Counted from the stretch's first letter, positions 25,301 to 35,785 are shown. The stretch is DNA of 43,035 nucleotides from Thermomicrobiales bacterium (GCA_038230615.1 JBBRMX010000002.1:1-43035); one strand, 5' to 3'. A program made the numbers and translations. The notes: generated from the letters alone by a model not told the origin.

Positions 25301-27079
25301 ATGAGGAGTATGCGAACAATCATGCGGCTGATGGGGCATCTCCGACCGTACAAGCGGCAGGCGATCCTTTCCTACGGAATGCTCATCCTCGGTATCGGGA
25401 TGCAGATTGCAGTACCGCTGCTCATCCAGTACACGATCAACAAAGGCATCAATTCCGGCAACGAAACGGTGCTGGCGATTGCCTGCATCTCGATTGTCGT
25501 CATTGTGCTGTTGCAAGCGACATTCGGCTACACGCGCTCGTATTGGCTCCAGTATCTCGCAGAGCGCGTGGCGTACGATGTGCGAAACGAGATGTATCAG
25601 CATCTCCAGCGGCTCTCGTTCTCGTATTACGACCGGGCGCAAACAGGGCAGTTAATCTCCCGCGCCACGGAAGATGTCAACAACATGCGCCGCTTTTTCC
25701 TGTTCGGGTTGCGGTTGCTTGTCCAGTCTTCCTTGATGCTCATCGGTATCACGATTGTGATGCTCAATCTCAACTGGCGGCTAGCACTGCTCTCGCTCTC
25801 GACGATGCCCATCCTGATCGTGGTGACGGTCTGGTTCGGGGTGAAGATTCGCCCGCTCTTTCTCTCGGTGCAAACCCAGTTTGGCAATGCGATGACGGTG
25901 CTGCAAGAAAACCTCGCGGGTGTGCGCGTCGTGCGGGCGTTCGCGCGGGAGCCGTACGAAATCCGCAAATTTGCGGGGGAAGCAGATGCGGTCTACAACA
26001 AGCAGATGGATGCCGCCCGCAGTTGGACGCTCGTGTTCCCGCTCATGTCGCTGATTGCGGGGCTTGGCACGGCAATTGTTATCGCATACGGCGGTTCGGG
26101 TGTCATTCGCGGTGATCTCCAACTCGGTACTCTGCTCGCGTTCAATCTCTATCTGACGATGCTCGCGGAGCCGGTACGGAATATCGGCTGGGTGGTCAAT
26201 AATGTTGCCCGCGCACAGGCGTCTGCCGAGCGTGTCTACGAGATACTGGACAAGACTCCGGAGATCGTCACGCCGCCGGATGCCTTCAAGCCCACCGTCA
26301 TGGAGGGGCATGTGCGCCTCGAAAATGCCGAATTTGCCTATCCGGACGGCGGGCGGCCCGTGCTGCGCGGCGTGAGTATTGACGCGCGCCCCGGCGGTGT
26401 CGTCGGGCTGATTGGTTCCACAGGTTCGGGAAAATCGAGCCTGATCCAACTACTACCGCGTTTCTACGATGTGACGGGCGGTGGGATTACCGTAGACGGC
26501 GTGGATGTACGCCAGTGGGATTTGCCGACACTGCGAAAGAATGTCGGGCTGGTGCTGCAAGAGACCTTTCTGTTTTCGGTCTCGGTGCGCGAAAACATCG
26601 CCTATGGCAGACCCGATGCGACCGACGCGGAGGTCGAAGCCGCCGCCCGCGCCGCGCAAGCGCACGAATTCATTCTCAATCTGCCGCAGGGCTACGCAAC
26701 GGAACTGGGCGAACGCGGCGTGAATATCTCCGGCGGGCAGAAGCAGCGCATCGCGATTGCCCGTGCCCTCCTGCTCGATCCGCGCATTCTTGTGCTAGAC
26801 GACGCCACGAGTGCCGTAGATATGGAGACCGAGTACGAGATTCAGCAGGCGTTAGATATTCTCATGCAGGGGCGCACGACCTTCATCATCGCGCAACGGT
26901 TGAGCAGCGTGCGCCACGCGGAGCAAATCTGTGTGCTGGACGAAGGCAAGATCGTCGAGCGCGGCACGCATGACGAATTGCTCGCGCAAAATGGCGCGTA
27001 CCGCCGCCTGTTCGATATGCAAGTGCGGGCGCAGGATGCCGCCTTCTTTGTGGATGAGATCACGGCGGACGGGGACTGA
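25301..27079 (+). CDS. ABC exporter, fused permease/ATPase half-transporter carrying the degenerate-site residues
   Basis: Six-helix TMD plus NBD. Walker A GSTGSGKSS and signature ISGGQ. Walker B is LVLDDA, with Asp (26801-26803) in place of the catalytic Glu. The H-loop is IAQRLS, with Gln (26894-26896) in place of His. Confidence 0.9.
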   Translation: MRSMRTIMRLMGHLRPYKRQAILSYGMLILGIGMQIAVPLLIQYTINKGINSGNETVLAIACISIVVIVLLQATFGYTRSYWLQYLAERVAYDVRNEMYQHLQRLSFSYYDRAQTGQLISRATEDVNNMRRFFLFGLRLLVQSSLMLIGITIVMLNLNWRLALLSLSTMPILIVVTVWFGVKIRPLFLSVQTQFGNAMTVLQENLAGVRVVRAFAREPYEIRKFAGEADAVYNKQMDAARSWTLVFPLMSLIAGLGTAIVIAYGGSGVIRGDLQLGTLLAFNLYLTMLAEPVRNIGWVVNNVARAQASAERVYEILDKTPEIVTPPDAFKPTVMEGHVRLENAEFAYPDGGRPVLRGVSIDARPGGVVGLIGSTGSGKSSLIQLLPRFYDVTGGGITVDGVDVRQWDLPTLRKNVGLVLQETFLFSVSVRENIAYGRPDATDAEVEAAARAAQAHEFILNLPQGYATELGERGVNISGGQKQRIAIARALLLDPRILVLDDATSAVDMETEYEIQQALDILMQGRTTFIIAQRLSSVRHAEQICVLDEGKIVERGTHDELLAQNGAYRRLFDMQVRAQDAAFFVDEITADGD

Positions 27080-27190
27080 GCAGTTCGGCAACCGCTCATC
27101 GTGTGTGAAGCGCAGGTATCTTGATCTGCCGTGCATCGTATCCGCTACCACTTTGTAACCACCACGGACATTTCTGGAAGGGTATGCACG

Positions 27191-28996
27191 ATGATGAACT
27201 TTCAAGGCGACCCGGACGATCTGCTCGGCAAGGCGTTCGACAAGAATGTCGCCGTGCGGCTCGCGGGATACCTCAAGCCGTACACCGGGCAATTGCTCAC
27301 CGCGACCGTGACGATGCTATTCGCCACCGTTGGTGATCTCGCGCTGCCGTGGTTGTTCGGTCTGGCGGTGGATAAAGGCATCGGGCAGTCCGATTATCAC
27401 GGGTTGTTCGTCATCGTCGCGCTCTTCGTCGGTGCGCTCGCGGGTACCTTCGTGACGCGCTGGATACAATTCTGGCTGATGGCGAAGTTCGGCAACCGCA
27501 TCATCTACGATCTCCGCGCCGCGCTTTTCGACCATATGCAGGTGATCGGGCTGAAGACATACGACCGCATGGGTGTAGGGCGGATGATGTCGCGCATCCA
27601 GAACGATGTCACGGTGCTGGAAGATTTCCTCACCACGGGGCTGATCGGCGCATTCTCCGATATTCTCGTCCTCATCGGCATCGTCATCGCCATGCTCGTG
27701 CTCAATGTGCAACTCGCCCTGATCTCGTTCACCGTGCTCCCCGTGATGGTGATCGGCATGGCGATCTGGCGGAGGCGGGCAGTGCTGTCCTACCGCGCGA
27801 CGCGCATCACAATGAGCCGCGTGACGGGCAATTTCGCGGAGAATATCAGCGGGTTGCGTGTCGTGCAGTCGTTTGAGCGCGAGGGGCAGAACCAAGAGAA
27901 ATTTCGCCAGATCAACGGCGAAAATCTCGACGCCAATGCATACGCGGCGCGGCTCTCGGCGTTTCTCTGGCCCGGTGTGGATTTGCTCAGCGCAGTCGCG
28001 ACGGCAATTGTGCTCTTCTTCGGCGGTCGGTTGGTGATCCACAACGGCGGGCTGAGTGTCGGCGAGTTGTTCGCCTTTCTCGGTTACGTCACCCGCTTCT
28101 TCGGCCCGATCCGCACGCTGTCCGACCGCTACAACACGTTGCAAGCCTCCACGGTGGCGGGCGAGCGCATCTTCGAGTTGCTCGATCAGCCCGCCGACAT
28201 TCTCGACAAGCCCATCGCGAAACCTCTCCCTCCCGTCGTCGGCGCGATCACGCTCGATCACGTCACGTTCGGCTACGCGACAACGCCCGTGCTGCGCGAC
28301 ATTGATGTGCAGATCGCCCCGGGGCAGACCGTCGCATTCGTCGGGGCAACCGGGGCGGGGAAATCCAGCCTCGTCAATCTCGTGCCGCGCTTCTATGATG
28401 TCTGGGAGGGGAGCGTTTCAATAGACGGGCACGATGTCCGCGATGTGACGCTGGAATCGCTCCGCAGCCAGATCAGCGTTGTGCTGCAAGACCCTTTCCT
28501 GTTTAGCGGTTCCATCGCGGACAATATTCGCTACGGGCGGCTCGACGCCACCGACGACGAGATAGAGGCAGCGGCACGGGCAGTCGGGGCGCATGTCTTC
28601 ATCACGCGGCTGCCGGAGGGGTATCACACCGAAGTGCGCGAGCGCGGCGGTCTCCTCAGTGTCGGGCAACGACAATTGATTGCCTTTGCCCGTGCCGTGC
28701 TTGCGGACCGCCCAATGGTCATTATGGACGAAGCGACCAGCAGCGTGGACACTCAGACCGAGCAGATCATTCAGGAGGCGTTGCGGACAGTGCTGGCGGG
28801 GCGCACCGCGCTCGTCATCGCGCACCGCCTCTCCACGATTGTGAACGCAGACCTGATCGTCGTCCTCGATCACGGGCGAATCATCGAGCGTGGTACGCAC
28901 GCCCAATTGATGACCCTGCGCGGCGCATATTATCGCCTACACAGTATGCAGTTCCGCGCCCAGCATGGCATCGTCGAGGATACTGCCGCAGACTGA
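27191..28996 (+). CDS. ABC exporter, fused permease/ATPase half-transporter (consensus catalytic residues, non-canonical signature)
   Basis: Start trimmed to ATG 27191 (MMNFQGDP) with GGAAGGG upstream. Walker A GATGAGKSS, Walker B VIMDEATS, H-loop IAHRLS. The signature is LSVGQ (28655-28669) rather than LSGGQ. Confidence 0.9.
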   Translation: MMNFQGDPDDLLGKAFDKNVAVRLAGYLKPYTGQLLTATVTMLFATVGDLALPWLFGLAVDKGIGQSDYHGLFVIVALFVGALAGTFVTRWIQFWLMAKFGNRIIYDLRAALFDHMQVIGLKTYDRMGVGRMMSRIQNDVTVLEDFLTTGLIGAFSDILVLIGIVIAMLVLNVQLALISFTVLPVMVIGMAIWRRRAVLSYRATRITMSRVTGNFAENISGLRVVQSFEREGQNQEKFRQINGENLDANAYAARLSAFLWPGVDLLSAVATAIVLFFGGRLVIHNGGLSVGELFAFLGYVTRFFGPIRTLSDRYNTLQASTVAGERIFELLDQPADILDKPIAKPLPPVVGAITLDHVTFGYATTPVLRDIDVQIAPGQTVAFVGATGAGKSSLVNLVPRFYDVWEGSVSIDGHDVRDVTLESLRSQISVVLQDPFLFSGSIADNIRYGRLDATDDEIEAAARAVGAHVFITRLPEGYHTEVRERGGLLSVGQRQLIAFARAVLADRPMVIMDEATSSVDTQTEQIIQEALRTVLAGRTALVIAHRLSTIVNADLIVVLDHGRIIERGTHAQLMTLRGAYYRLHSMQFRAQHGIVEDTAAD

Positions 28997-29034
28997 CCCG
29001 CTCTGCCTGCTCGCCTTCCGCTTGTCCGGTGCAA

Positions 29035-29721
29035 TTACATAACTCGGTGCTGTACTGCCGCGTCGTGCAGTGCCGCGAGATTGTCCGCAACCGGTGCGCG
29101 ATGATTGAAAACTGCAGACCCAACGACCGCGACCGTCGCCCCCGCCTGTGCGACCGGACCAATCGTCTCCGCATTGATACCGCCATCCACCTGAATCGTG
29201 ACTTGCCCCCGGTTGCGATCTCGTAACATCTGCCGCACGCGAGCGATGCGTGCCAACCCACCGGGGATGAACGACTGTCCACCGAAACCGGGGTTGACAG
29301 TCATCAGCAGCACGAGGTCCACGTCGCCAAGAATCTCCTCCAACATCACCAGCGGCGTCGCGGGGTTGAGTGTCACACCGGGGCGTGCGCCCAATGTGCG
29401 GATATGCTGCACGGTGCGATGTAGATGCGGGCAGGTCTCCACATGCACTGTAACCGCGTCCGCGCCCGCTTTGACGAAATCCTCAAGGTAGCGGTCGGGG
29501 TCGGCGATCATCAGATGGCAATCGAGCACTGCATCGTATTCGTCCGCTATCGGGCGCAACGCTGCGACGATGTGCGGTCCGAATGAGATATTCGGCACAA
29601 ACTGCCCGTCCATCACATCCACATGCAGCCAGCGCGTCCCTGCTGCGAATGCCTCGCGCACCTGCTCGCCGAGCCGTGAAATGTCTGCCGCCAGTATAGA
29701 CGGCGCAATTTCGATGCTCAT
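29035..29721 (-). CDS. rpe: Ribulose-phosphate 3-epimerase
   Basis: [37 protein letters not shown]. The ATG overlaps the pgi stop as ATGA (29718-29721). Confidence 0.95.
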   Translation of the reverse strand: MSIEIAPSILAADISRLGEQVREAFAAGTRWLHVDVMDGQFVPNISFGPHIVAALRPIADEYDAVLDCHLMIADPDRYLEDFVKAGADAVTVHVETCPHLHRTVQHIRTLGARPGVTLNPATPLVMLEEILGDVDLVLLMTVNPGFGGQSFIPGGLARIARVRQMLRDRNRGQVTIQVDGGINAETIGPVAQAGATVAVVGSAVFNHRAPVADNLAALHDAAVQHRVM

Positions 29722-31358
29722 GCCGTGCCCCCGCGCAATGCGCGGTAGCGACGAATCAACGTATTAGTAGAACTGTCGTGACCGAGCGGAGCATCACCCT
29801 CGCTCAATTCGGGGACAATCCGCTGCGCCAGTGCTTTGCCCAGTTCCACGCCCCACTGATCGAACGAGTTAATATGCCAGATCGTTCCCTGTACGAAGAC
29901 CTTGTGTTCATATAGCGCGACAATCGCACCGAGCGCGAACGGAGTCAGCCGTTCGAGCATCAGCGAATTCGTTGGGCGGTTCCCCTCGAAGACGCGGTGG
30001 GGCGCAAGCCACGGCGGAACGCCTTCCGCGATCACCTGTTCTTCGGTCTTGCCGAACGCGAGAGCCTCGGTCTGCGCGAAATAATTCGCCATCAGCAAAT
30101 CGTGATGATTGCCGACCGGGTTAAGTGTCTGCGCGAAGGCGATGAAGTCGGCGGGGATCAATTTCGTTCCCTGATGGATCAACTGGTAGTAGGCATGTTG
30201 CCCGTTCGTGCCGGGAGTTCCCCACACAATCGGCCCGGTTTGGTAGTCCACCGTGTTCCCGTCGAGATCAACATGCTTGCCGTTGCTCTCCATATCCAAC
30301 TGCTGGAGATACATGCTCAACCGACCGAGGTAGTGGTCGTACGGCAACACCGCCAGTGTCTCCGCCCCAAAAAAATTGTTATACCAGACACCCAACATCC
30401 CCATCAGGACGGGTAGATTCTGCGCGAACGGTGCGGTGCGGAAATGCTCGTCCATCGCGTGGAAGCCCGCCAGCATCGCCCGAAAATGCTCCTGCCCGAC
30501 CGCAATCATCAGCGATAACCCGATTGCGGAATCGTACGAATATCGCCCGCCCACCCAGTCGCGGAACTCGAACATATTCGCGGTGTCAATGCCGAATTTC
30601 TGTACCTCGGCGGCATTCGTCGAGACCGCGACGAAATGCTTCGCCACCGCCGCTTCATCATGCAGCGCACCGAGCGTCCAGCGGCGGGCGGAATGCGCGT
30701 TCGTCAGTGTCTCCAGTGTCGTGAAGGTCTTGGACGCGACGATAAAGAGCGTCTCGGCGGGGTCGAGGTCGCGCACCGCCTCCGCGAAATCGGTGCCGTC
30801 AATATTCGAGACAAACCGGAAGGTCATATCCCGCTGGCTGTAGTGCCGCAATGCCTCGTACGCCATCACGGGGCCGAGGTCGGAGCCACCGATGCCGATG
30901 TTGACGACATTTTTAATGCGTACGCCTGTGTACCCCGTCCATGCCCCGCTACGGACGCGCTCCGAGAATGCGCCCATTTTGTCCAGTACCCCACGGACGA
31001 ACGGCACTTGGTCCTCGCCGTCCGCGATGATCTGCTCACCGGCGGGCGCACGCAGCGCGACATGCAGCACGGCGCGGTCTTCGGTGCGGTTGATGTGATC
31101 GCCCCGGAACATCGCCGCAGTGCGTTCGCGCAGCCCTGATTCCTCCGCAAGATCGAGCAGCAACCGCATCGTCTCATCGGTGACACGATTCTTGGAGTAA
31201 TCGAGGTAGATGCCGACCGCCTCACAGGTCAACCGCTCGCCGCGTTGCGGGTCGTCCGCAAACAGCGTGCGAAGATGGGTGTCGTGCATCACCTCGTAAT
31301 GGGTGGCGAGCGCACGCCACGCGGGGCGCGTCGTGATGGACGAAGTTTGTGCGTGCAT
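29718..31358 (-). CDS. pgi: Glucose-6-phosphate isomerase
   Basis: 546 aa with characteristic PGI blocks ([36 protein letters not shown]). AAGGAGGAT RBS upstream. Confidence 0.95.
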   Translation of the reverse strand: MHAQTSSITTRPAWRALATHYEVMHDTHLRTLFADDPQRGERLTCEAVGIYLDYSKNRVTDETMRLLLDLAEESGLRERTAAMFRGDHINRTEDRAVLHVALRAPAGEQIIADGEDQVPFVRGVLDKMGAFSERVRSGAWTGYTGVRIKNVVNIGIGGSDLGPVMAYEALRHYSQRDMTFRFVSNIDGTDFAEAVRDLDPAETLFIVASKTFTTLETLTNAHSARRWTLGALHDEAAVAKHFVAVSTNAAEVQKFGIDTANMFEFRDWVGGRYSYDSAIGLSLMIAVGQEHFRAMLAGFHAMDEHFRTAPFAQNLPVLMGMLGVWYNNFFGAETLAVLPYDHYLGRLSMYLQQLDMESNGKHVDLDGNTVDYQTGPIVWGTPGTNGQHAYYQLIHQGTKLIPADFIAFAQTLNPVGNHHDLLMANYFAQTEALAFGKTEEQVIAEGVPPWLAPHRVFEGNRPTNSLMLERLTPFALGAIVALYEHKVFVQGTIWHINSFDQWGVELGKALAQRIVPELSEGDAPLGHDSSTNTLIRRYRALRGGTA

Positions 31359-31476
31359 CGTTCTCGATCCTCCTTGACGTTTGGTGTCGGCGCATAGCGT
31401 GAATTAGTGCGTGAACGTGATTGATGAGATTGATGAGAGTGTCGGGCGGGAGCGATTGCTGCAACTGCTACAGGTG

Positions 31477-32457
31477 TTACATCATCTCGGTACCGTACCG
31501 TGCCGCACCAAGCAGCGCGATGGGATGTATGATGACATGCACGGGAACCCGCGAGAGCAATTCCGTGAACCGCCCCTTGTCTGCGAAGGCGTGCATAAAT
31601 TGTCCGTCCGAGAGCGCAGGGAGGATGCGCGGCGGGATGCCCCCGGAAAGGTAAACGCCGCTCGTTGCGAAGATTTTCAGCGCGAGGTTGCCCGCCTCCG
31701 CGCCGAGTACCGCGACGAACAGCCGCAAGGCTTCGGTGCACAGCGCGTCGGCGTCGTCCGCGCACGCGGCAGCAACGATAATCGGCGCACGGTCGGTTGC
31801 CCCGGCAAGGTGCGCCGCCAGCGCGGGCGATTCCGGCGCGTACCCGCTACCCCGCACGTAATCGTAAATGTTCGGGATGCCGAGACCGGAGATTACCCGC
31901 TCGTAACTGACGCGCCCGTATCTCCGCATCAGGTAGATCAACATCTCGATTTGCTGCGGTGTATTCGGTGCGAAATCCGCGTGTCCGCCCTCGGAGGCAT
32001 GGGCGCGATACGTACCGCCATCCCATGTGAGATACGCCTCGCCTAGCCCCGTCCCCGGTGCGATCACCGCGATGGGACCGCCCGCCACTGCTTCGCCCGC
32101 ATTCAGCGTGTGCAGATCGTCCGGTGTCGTCAGCGGCACGGCGGCAGCAATCGCTTCGAGGTCGTTGAGCAGGCGCACACCGGACAGGTGCAGCGTCGCC
32201 GCGAGCGTCTCTTCCTCGATCATCCACGGCAGATTGGTAATCTTTGCCCGCCCCGCGACCACCGGCCCCGCGACGCAGAAACTGGCGTGTGTGACCTGTG
32301 CGCCCGTCTCGCGGAGGAAATCGCCGATCACCGCTTCGAGGCTCCCGTACTGCCCGCTCGGAAAGGTTGCGGTGATCGCGGGCGTGTGAATATCCGCGCC
32401 CGGTTCGTAGAGAGCCAGTTGCGTTTTGGTGCCGCCGATGTCACCGGCAAGGAGCAT
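31477..32457 (-). CDS. glk: Glucokinase (Glk family)
   Basis: N-terminus MLLAGDIGGTKTQLAL, about 326 aa. Start trimmed to ATG 32457 with a GAAGGAGGGTGG RBS. Confidence 0.88.
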   Translation of the reverse strand: MLLAGDIGGTKTQLALYEPGADIHTPAITATFPSGQYGSLEAVIGDFLRETGAQVTHASFCVAGPVVAGRAKITNLPWMIEEETLAATLHLSGVRLLNDLEAIAAAVPLTTPDDLHTLNAGEAVAGGPIAVIAPGTGLGEAYLTWDGGTYRAHASEGGHADFAPNTPQQIEMLIYLMRRYGRVSYERVISGLGIPNIYDYVRGSGYAPESPALAAHLAGATDRAPIIVAAACADDADALCTEALRLFVAVLGAEAGNLALKIFATSGVYLSGGIPPRILPALSDGQFMHAFADKGRFTELLSRVPVHVIIHPIALLGAARYGTEMM

Positions 32458-32549
32458 GATCCACCCTCCTTCGTCCCAACCCCATCGCTCGCTGCCCGTC
32501 GCCTTGCCTATCATACTGCCGCACCGCGACGAGCGCGACGACCAAACGG

Positions 32550-32577
32550 TTCACTAGCTTCTCCGTGGCTCTATAAT
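32550..32577 (+). promoter_or_regulatory. Putative sigma-70-type promoter for the PPOX-family gene
   Basis: TTCACT (32550-32555), 16 nt, perfect TATAAT (32572-32577). Confidence 0.5.
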
Positions 32578-32638
32578 GAACGTATGGTTGGCAAAGATAC
32601 AACGGGGCGGTCATAAAGAGATAGAAGGGAGCGTGCAC

Positions 32639-33286
32639 ATGGCGGAAGCATCGGTTCGGCATCTGTTCACCGATCTCATCACGTCAGAGGCGCAACTGCG
32701 CGAGTTGCTTGGAGAACCGGGCGAGGTTGTTGTCCGCAAGCAACTCGCTGCCCTCGATCAACACTGTCGCGCCTTCATCGCTCTCTCGCCCTTTATGCTC
32801 CTCGGTACCGCAAACGGGCGCGGCGAGTGCGATGTCTCGCCGCGTGGCGATGCGCCGGGGTTCGTCCACCTTCTCGATGACCGCACGCTTGTCATCCCCG
32901 ACCGCCCCGGCAACCGGCGCATTGATTCGCTCCGCAACATCGTCGTACACAGCGCGGTCGGACTGCTGTTCATGGTTCCGGGCGTCGAGGAGACCTTGCG
33001 CGTCAACGGGCAGGCGTGCATCGTGCGCGATGCCGATCTCCTGACCCAGCTGGAAGCACACGGGCAAGTCCCAAAGTTGGCAATCGTTGTCACCGTCGAG
33101 GAAGCATTTTTGCAGTGCGCGAAAGCCCTCAAACGCTCGCAGTTATGGACCGCTGCCACATGGCCGGAGCGGAAAGCCCTGCCAACCCTCGCGCAGATGA
33201 TTCACGATCAGGTGCCGATGCCCGGTACCACAGTAGAAGAACTGGAAACGGCATTCGAGGACGGGTATCGCAAGCGTTTGTATTAG
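32639..33286 (+). CDS. Pyridoxamine 5'-phosphate oxidase (PPOX) class FMN-binding family protein
   Basis: CRAFIALSPFMLLGTANGRGECDVSPRGDAPGFVHLLDDRTLVIPDRPGNRRIDSLRN resembles the PPOX-class probable FMN-dependent enzymes of about 210 aa. Start trimmed to ATG 32639 with GAAGGGAG upstream. Confidence 0.75.
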   Translation: MAEASVRHLFTDLITSEAQLRELLGEPGEVVVRKQLAALDQHCRAFIALSPFMLLGTANGRGECDVSPRGDAPGFVHLLDDRTLVIPDRPGNRRIDSLRNIVVHSAVGLLFMVPGVEETLRVNGQACIVRDADLLTQLEAHGQVPKLAIVVTVEEAFLQCAKALKRSQLWTAATWPERKALPTLAQMIHDQVPMPGTTVEELETAFEDGYRKRLY

Positions 33287-33354
33287 CGCATCTGCACCAG
33301 CCTCAGAGCGGGAAAAGCGCACGCCACCGAATGAGACGGAACGGGCACGAAAAC

Positions 33355-33382
33355 GGACGGTGTATTGCTACGCCGCCCGTCC
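33355..33382 (-). terminator. Putative intrinsic terminator of the transketolase-family gene
   Basis: GGACGG (33355-33360) / CCGTCC (33377-33382). On the minus-strand transcript the hairpin is followed by GUUUUCG. Confidence 0.4.
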
Positions 33383-33403
33383 TCCCGACTGTATGTCGCC
33401 CTC

Positions 33404-35785
33404 TTATTCCTGCGCCGCCGCGAGTGCGCCCGCGATGCTGCCGAGCCGCTGCTCGCGCTCTGCGACGAATCGCCGGATGCCCGAAAGCAAAAAGTCCGGC
33501 GAGAGATGCGCTTCCTCGTATACCTCGGCGGGGCTACCGCCAGTGCGCCAGCGGTCATCCCAGTCCGCCGCCATCGCGTACTCGTCCGCCAGTCGGTGCG
33601 TGATCCAGTCGCGCATCAGGCGGCGTGCGCCGTTCGTGATGTACGTCATGTCGAGTTGGTCGGCGGGCGAGATGATTCGCTCCCGGTACTCTTTCGGCTG
33701 CATCTTGAACAACTCCGGGCTGACGACTGCCACGAGTTTGACATTCAGCCCTTCCTCGTCCAGTTTCGGCAGCAACCCCACGGTATACGCCGTGCTCATC
33801 GTCCCCTGTACCAGAATCGTGCCGCCCTTTGGCTGCCCCGGTTTGTAGTCGCGCAGCAGGTACGCTCCCTTCGCCGCATCCCAGTGCGGCGCGATACCGA
33901 GCGCTTCGCGGTCGGGAATCGTAATCGCGGGGCGCGTCAGTTGCATCGCGATGATGTGTGCCCCCGTCGCAAATGCCGCACCAAGCAACACCGGCACCTC
34001 GTTGTACTCCCACGGCACGAGGTTGATAACGCTCCCGTCCGGGAACAACTCCATCACCCCCGGCTCGTAGATGCCGAAGTGCGTGCGCGAGTCCTCCGCC
34101 GTCTCCGGGCCGCTATGCCCTGCGATCCATAGCACCTTGCCGACCTTGAAATCGGTGTCCTGCGCCAGTTGGCTGAATAGCCGCATCGGGCCGTACTTCA
34201 GATACGAGAACGAGCCGTACGTCGAATGCCCCGCGTAAAATCCGTCGAAGGTGTCGTACGGCGTCGGGGAGAAGTTCACGGTCGCAATGCCCGCCGAAAT
34301 CCCGCTATTGGTGAATTCCGTAATCTCTTGCGGCAGCAACACCCCGTCCACATTCTTGTTGCGGTCGTAGCGCCCCCAACCGGGAACGTCGCCGTAGTCC
34401 TGTGCGAACCCGGCGATATTCGTAGATTCCGCGAGGTCAGCGGACATCACCAAAAAGAGCGGACGCCCGTACCACTGCCGGCCCATCGCATTTACCCACG
34501 CGCCCCACTTTGCAAACCCGGCACGGTTCGCGGCACTCGTTCCCGGCTTGACGTACATCTCCTCCGGGTAATTGCGGAAGTCCCAGAACCGCTTGTCTTC
34601 ATACGGGTTCTTGCGCGTGTCGAGTTTAAACGCCGCGATTTCCTCCGGCACCGATTCCCCTAGCGATACCAGCCGGTCTGCGAGGTAATCCACCAGCGCA
34701 TCGTCTGCCGTGATCGTGTCCGCGATCACCTTCAGGTTCGCCTCGAACTGCGCCCGCTGTGCGGTGGGGTCCTTCGGTGCATCCTCTCCGAAGCCGTGCC
34801 ACGTCACGCCGTACTTGTCCGCGAACTCCTGTCGCCCCGCCCAGAAGGGTTCGGAGTTCAATTTGTGCGGCGTGCCGTGGCTTTTGTACCCCGTCACCCC
34901 GTACCCACGCCCCTTGATCGTCTTGAACCACGTCATGTTCGGCTGTTTGCCGGGGTTCGGCGTCTCCAGTGTCTCCAAAAGCGCGTGCGTTACGGCGGCA
35001 TACTCGCTACCCTGCTCCGTGCCGTGCACCCGGAACCCGTACGGCGTGAACCACGTCTCCGGCGTCCCGTTCACCACATCGCTGATGCCGAAACTGTCAA
35101 TCCCGAAATCGTTCCAGTCAATCAGGAAGTGGAGATTGTCCAGCCCCAAACCCCACGCGCTGTTCCGCGTCTCATGGTTCGATCCCGCCGTCAGCCCGCC
35201 CTCGCCGTCCACCGCAAAGACTTTCACGCCCTCAGCGCCTGCCCGCTTCAGAGCCATTGCCTCGCCCGCCGCCGCCGGAGTACCGTGACCCGTCGGGCCG
35301 GTGTTGAATTTGAGAAAGAGCGTCTTCCCTTCCATCTCCGCATGTCCTGCCAGCCCGCCCCGCCGCCGGAAACCGAGCAGATCGTTCCAGAGCAGTTGCC
35401 GTGTTTCTGCCTCCGGCACCGCGTACCGTGCGTCGCCCGTGCGCTCGTATTTCGCTTTCAGGGCGGTATTGTAGGCGGCGAGCATCGCGTATACGAGCGG
35501 CACGGTATGCCCCGCCACCAGCACGAACCGGTCTCCGAACCGCTTCTCCGGGTGCCGGATATCCCACCGCATGAACCCGCCCAGTGTGAGCGCAACCAAC
35601 AGGTGCCGCTTCGAGCGCGATCCGCCGGGATGCCCACTCTGCCGGTAGTTCTCGAACACATCAATGAAGTTGTCTATGCAGTCGCCGATCTTCTCCCAAT
35701 GTGGGAACTGCGCTTCAAGTTCGGCTTGCCGGACGCTCACATCCGTCCCGATGCTGAGAACCACCGTGGTACCTCCTCTTTCCAT
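33404..35785 (-). CDS. Transketolase-family thiamine-diphosphate enzyme, divergent long form (about 790 aa)
   Basis: N-terminal SGHPGGS, a TPP-motif region VDGEGGLTAGSNHE...LIDWNDFGID, and Pyr-domain blocks (SADLAESTN, ITEFTNSGISAG, GHSGPETAEDSRTHFG). An alternative GTG start at 35764 has a better-placed AGAGGAGG RBS. Confidence 0.85.
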   Translation of the reverse strand: MERGGTTVVLSIGTDVSVRQAELEAQFPHWEKIGDCIDNFIDVFENYRQSGHPGGSRSKRHLLVALTLGGFMRWDIRHPEKRFGDRFVLVAGHTVPLVYAMLAAYNTALKAKYERTGDARYAVPEAETRQLLWNDLLGFRRRGGLAGHAEMEGKTLFLKFNTGPTGHGTPAAAGEAMALKRAGAEGVKVFAVDGEGGLTAGSNHETRNSAWGLGLDNLHFLIDWNDFGIDSFGISDVVNGTPETWFTPYGFRVHGTEQGSEYAAVTHALLETLETPNPGKQPNMTWFKTIKGRGYGVTGYKSHGTPHKLNSEPFWAGRQEFADKYGVTWHGFGEDAPKDPTAQRAQFEANLKVIADTITADDALVDYLADRLVSLGESVPEEIAAFKLDTRKNPYEDKRFWDFRNYPEEMYVKPGTSAANRAGFAKWGAWVNAMGRQWYGRPLFLVMSADLAESTNIAGFAQDYGDVPGWGRYDRNKNVDGVLLPQEITEFTNSGISAGIATVNFSPTPYDTFDGFYAGHSTYGSFSYLKYGPMRLFSQLAQDTDFKVGKVLWIAGHSGPETAEDSRTHFGIYEPGVMELFPDGSVINLVPWEYNEVPVLLGAAFATGAHIIAMQLTRPAITIPDREALGIAPHWDAAKGAYLLRDYKPGQPKGGTILVQGTMSTAYTVGLLPKLDEEGLNVKLVAVVSPELFKMQPKEYRERIISPADQLDMTYITNGARRLMRDWITHRLADEYAMAADWDDRWRTGGSPAEVYEEAHLSPDFLLSGIRRFVAEREQRLGSIAGALAAAQE

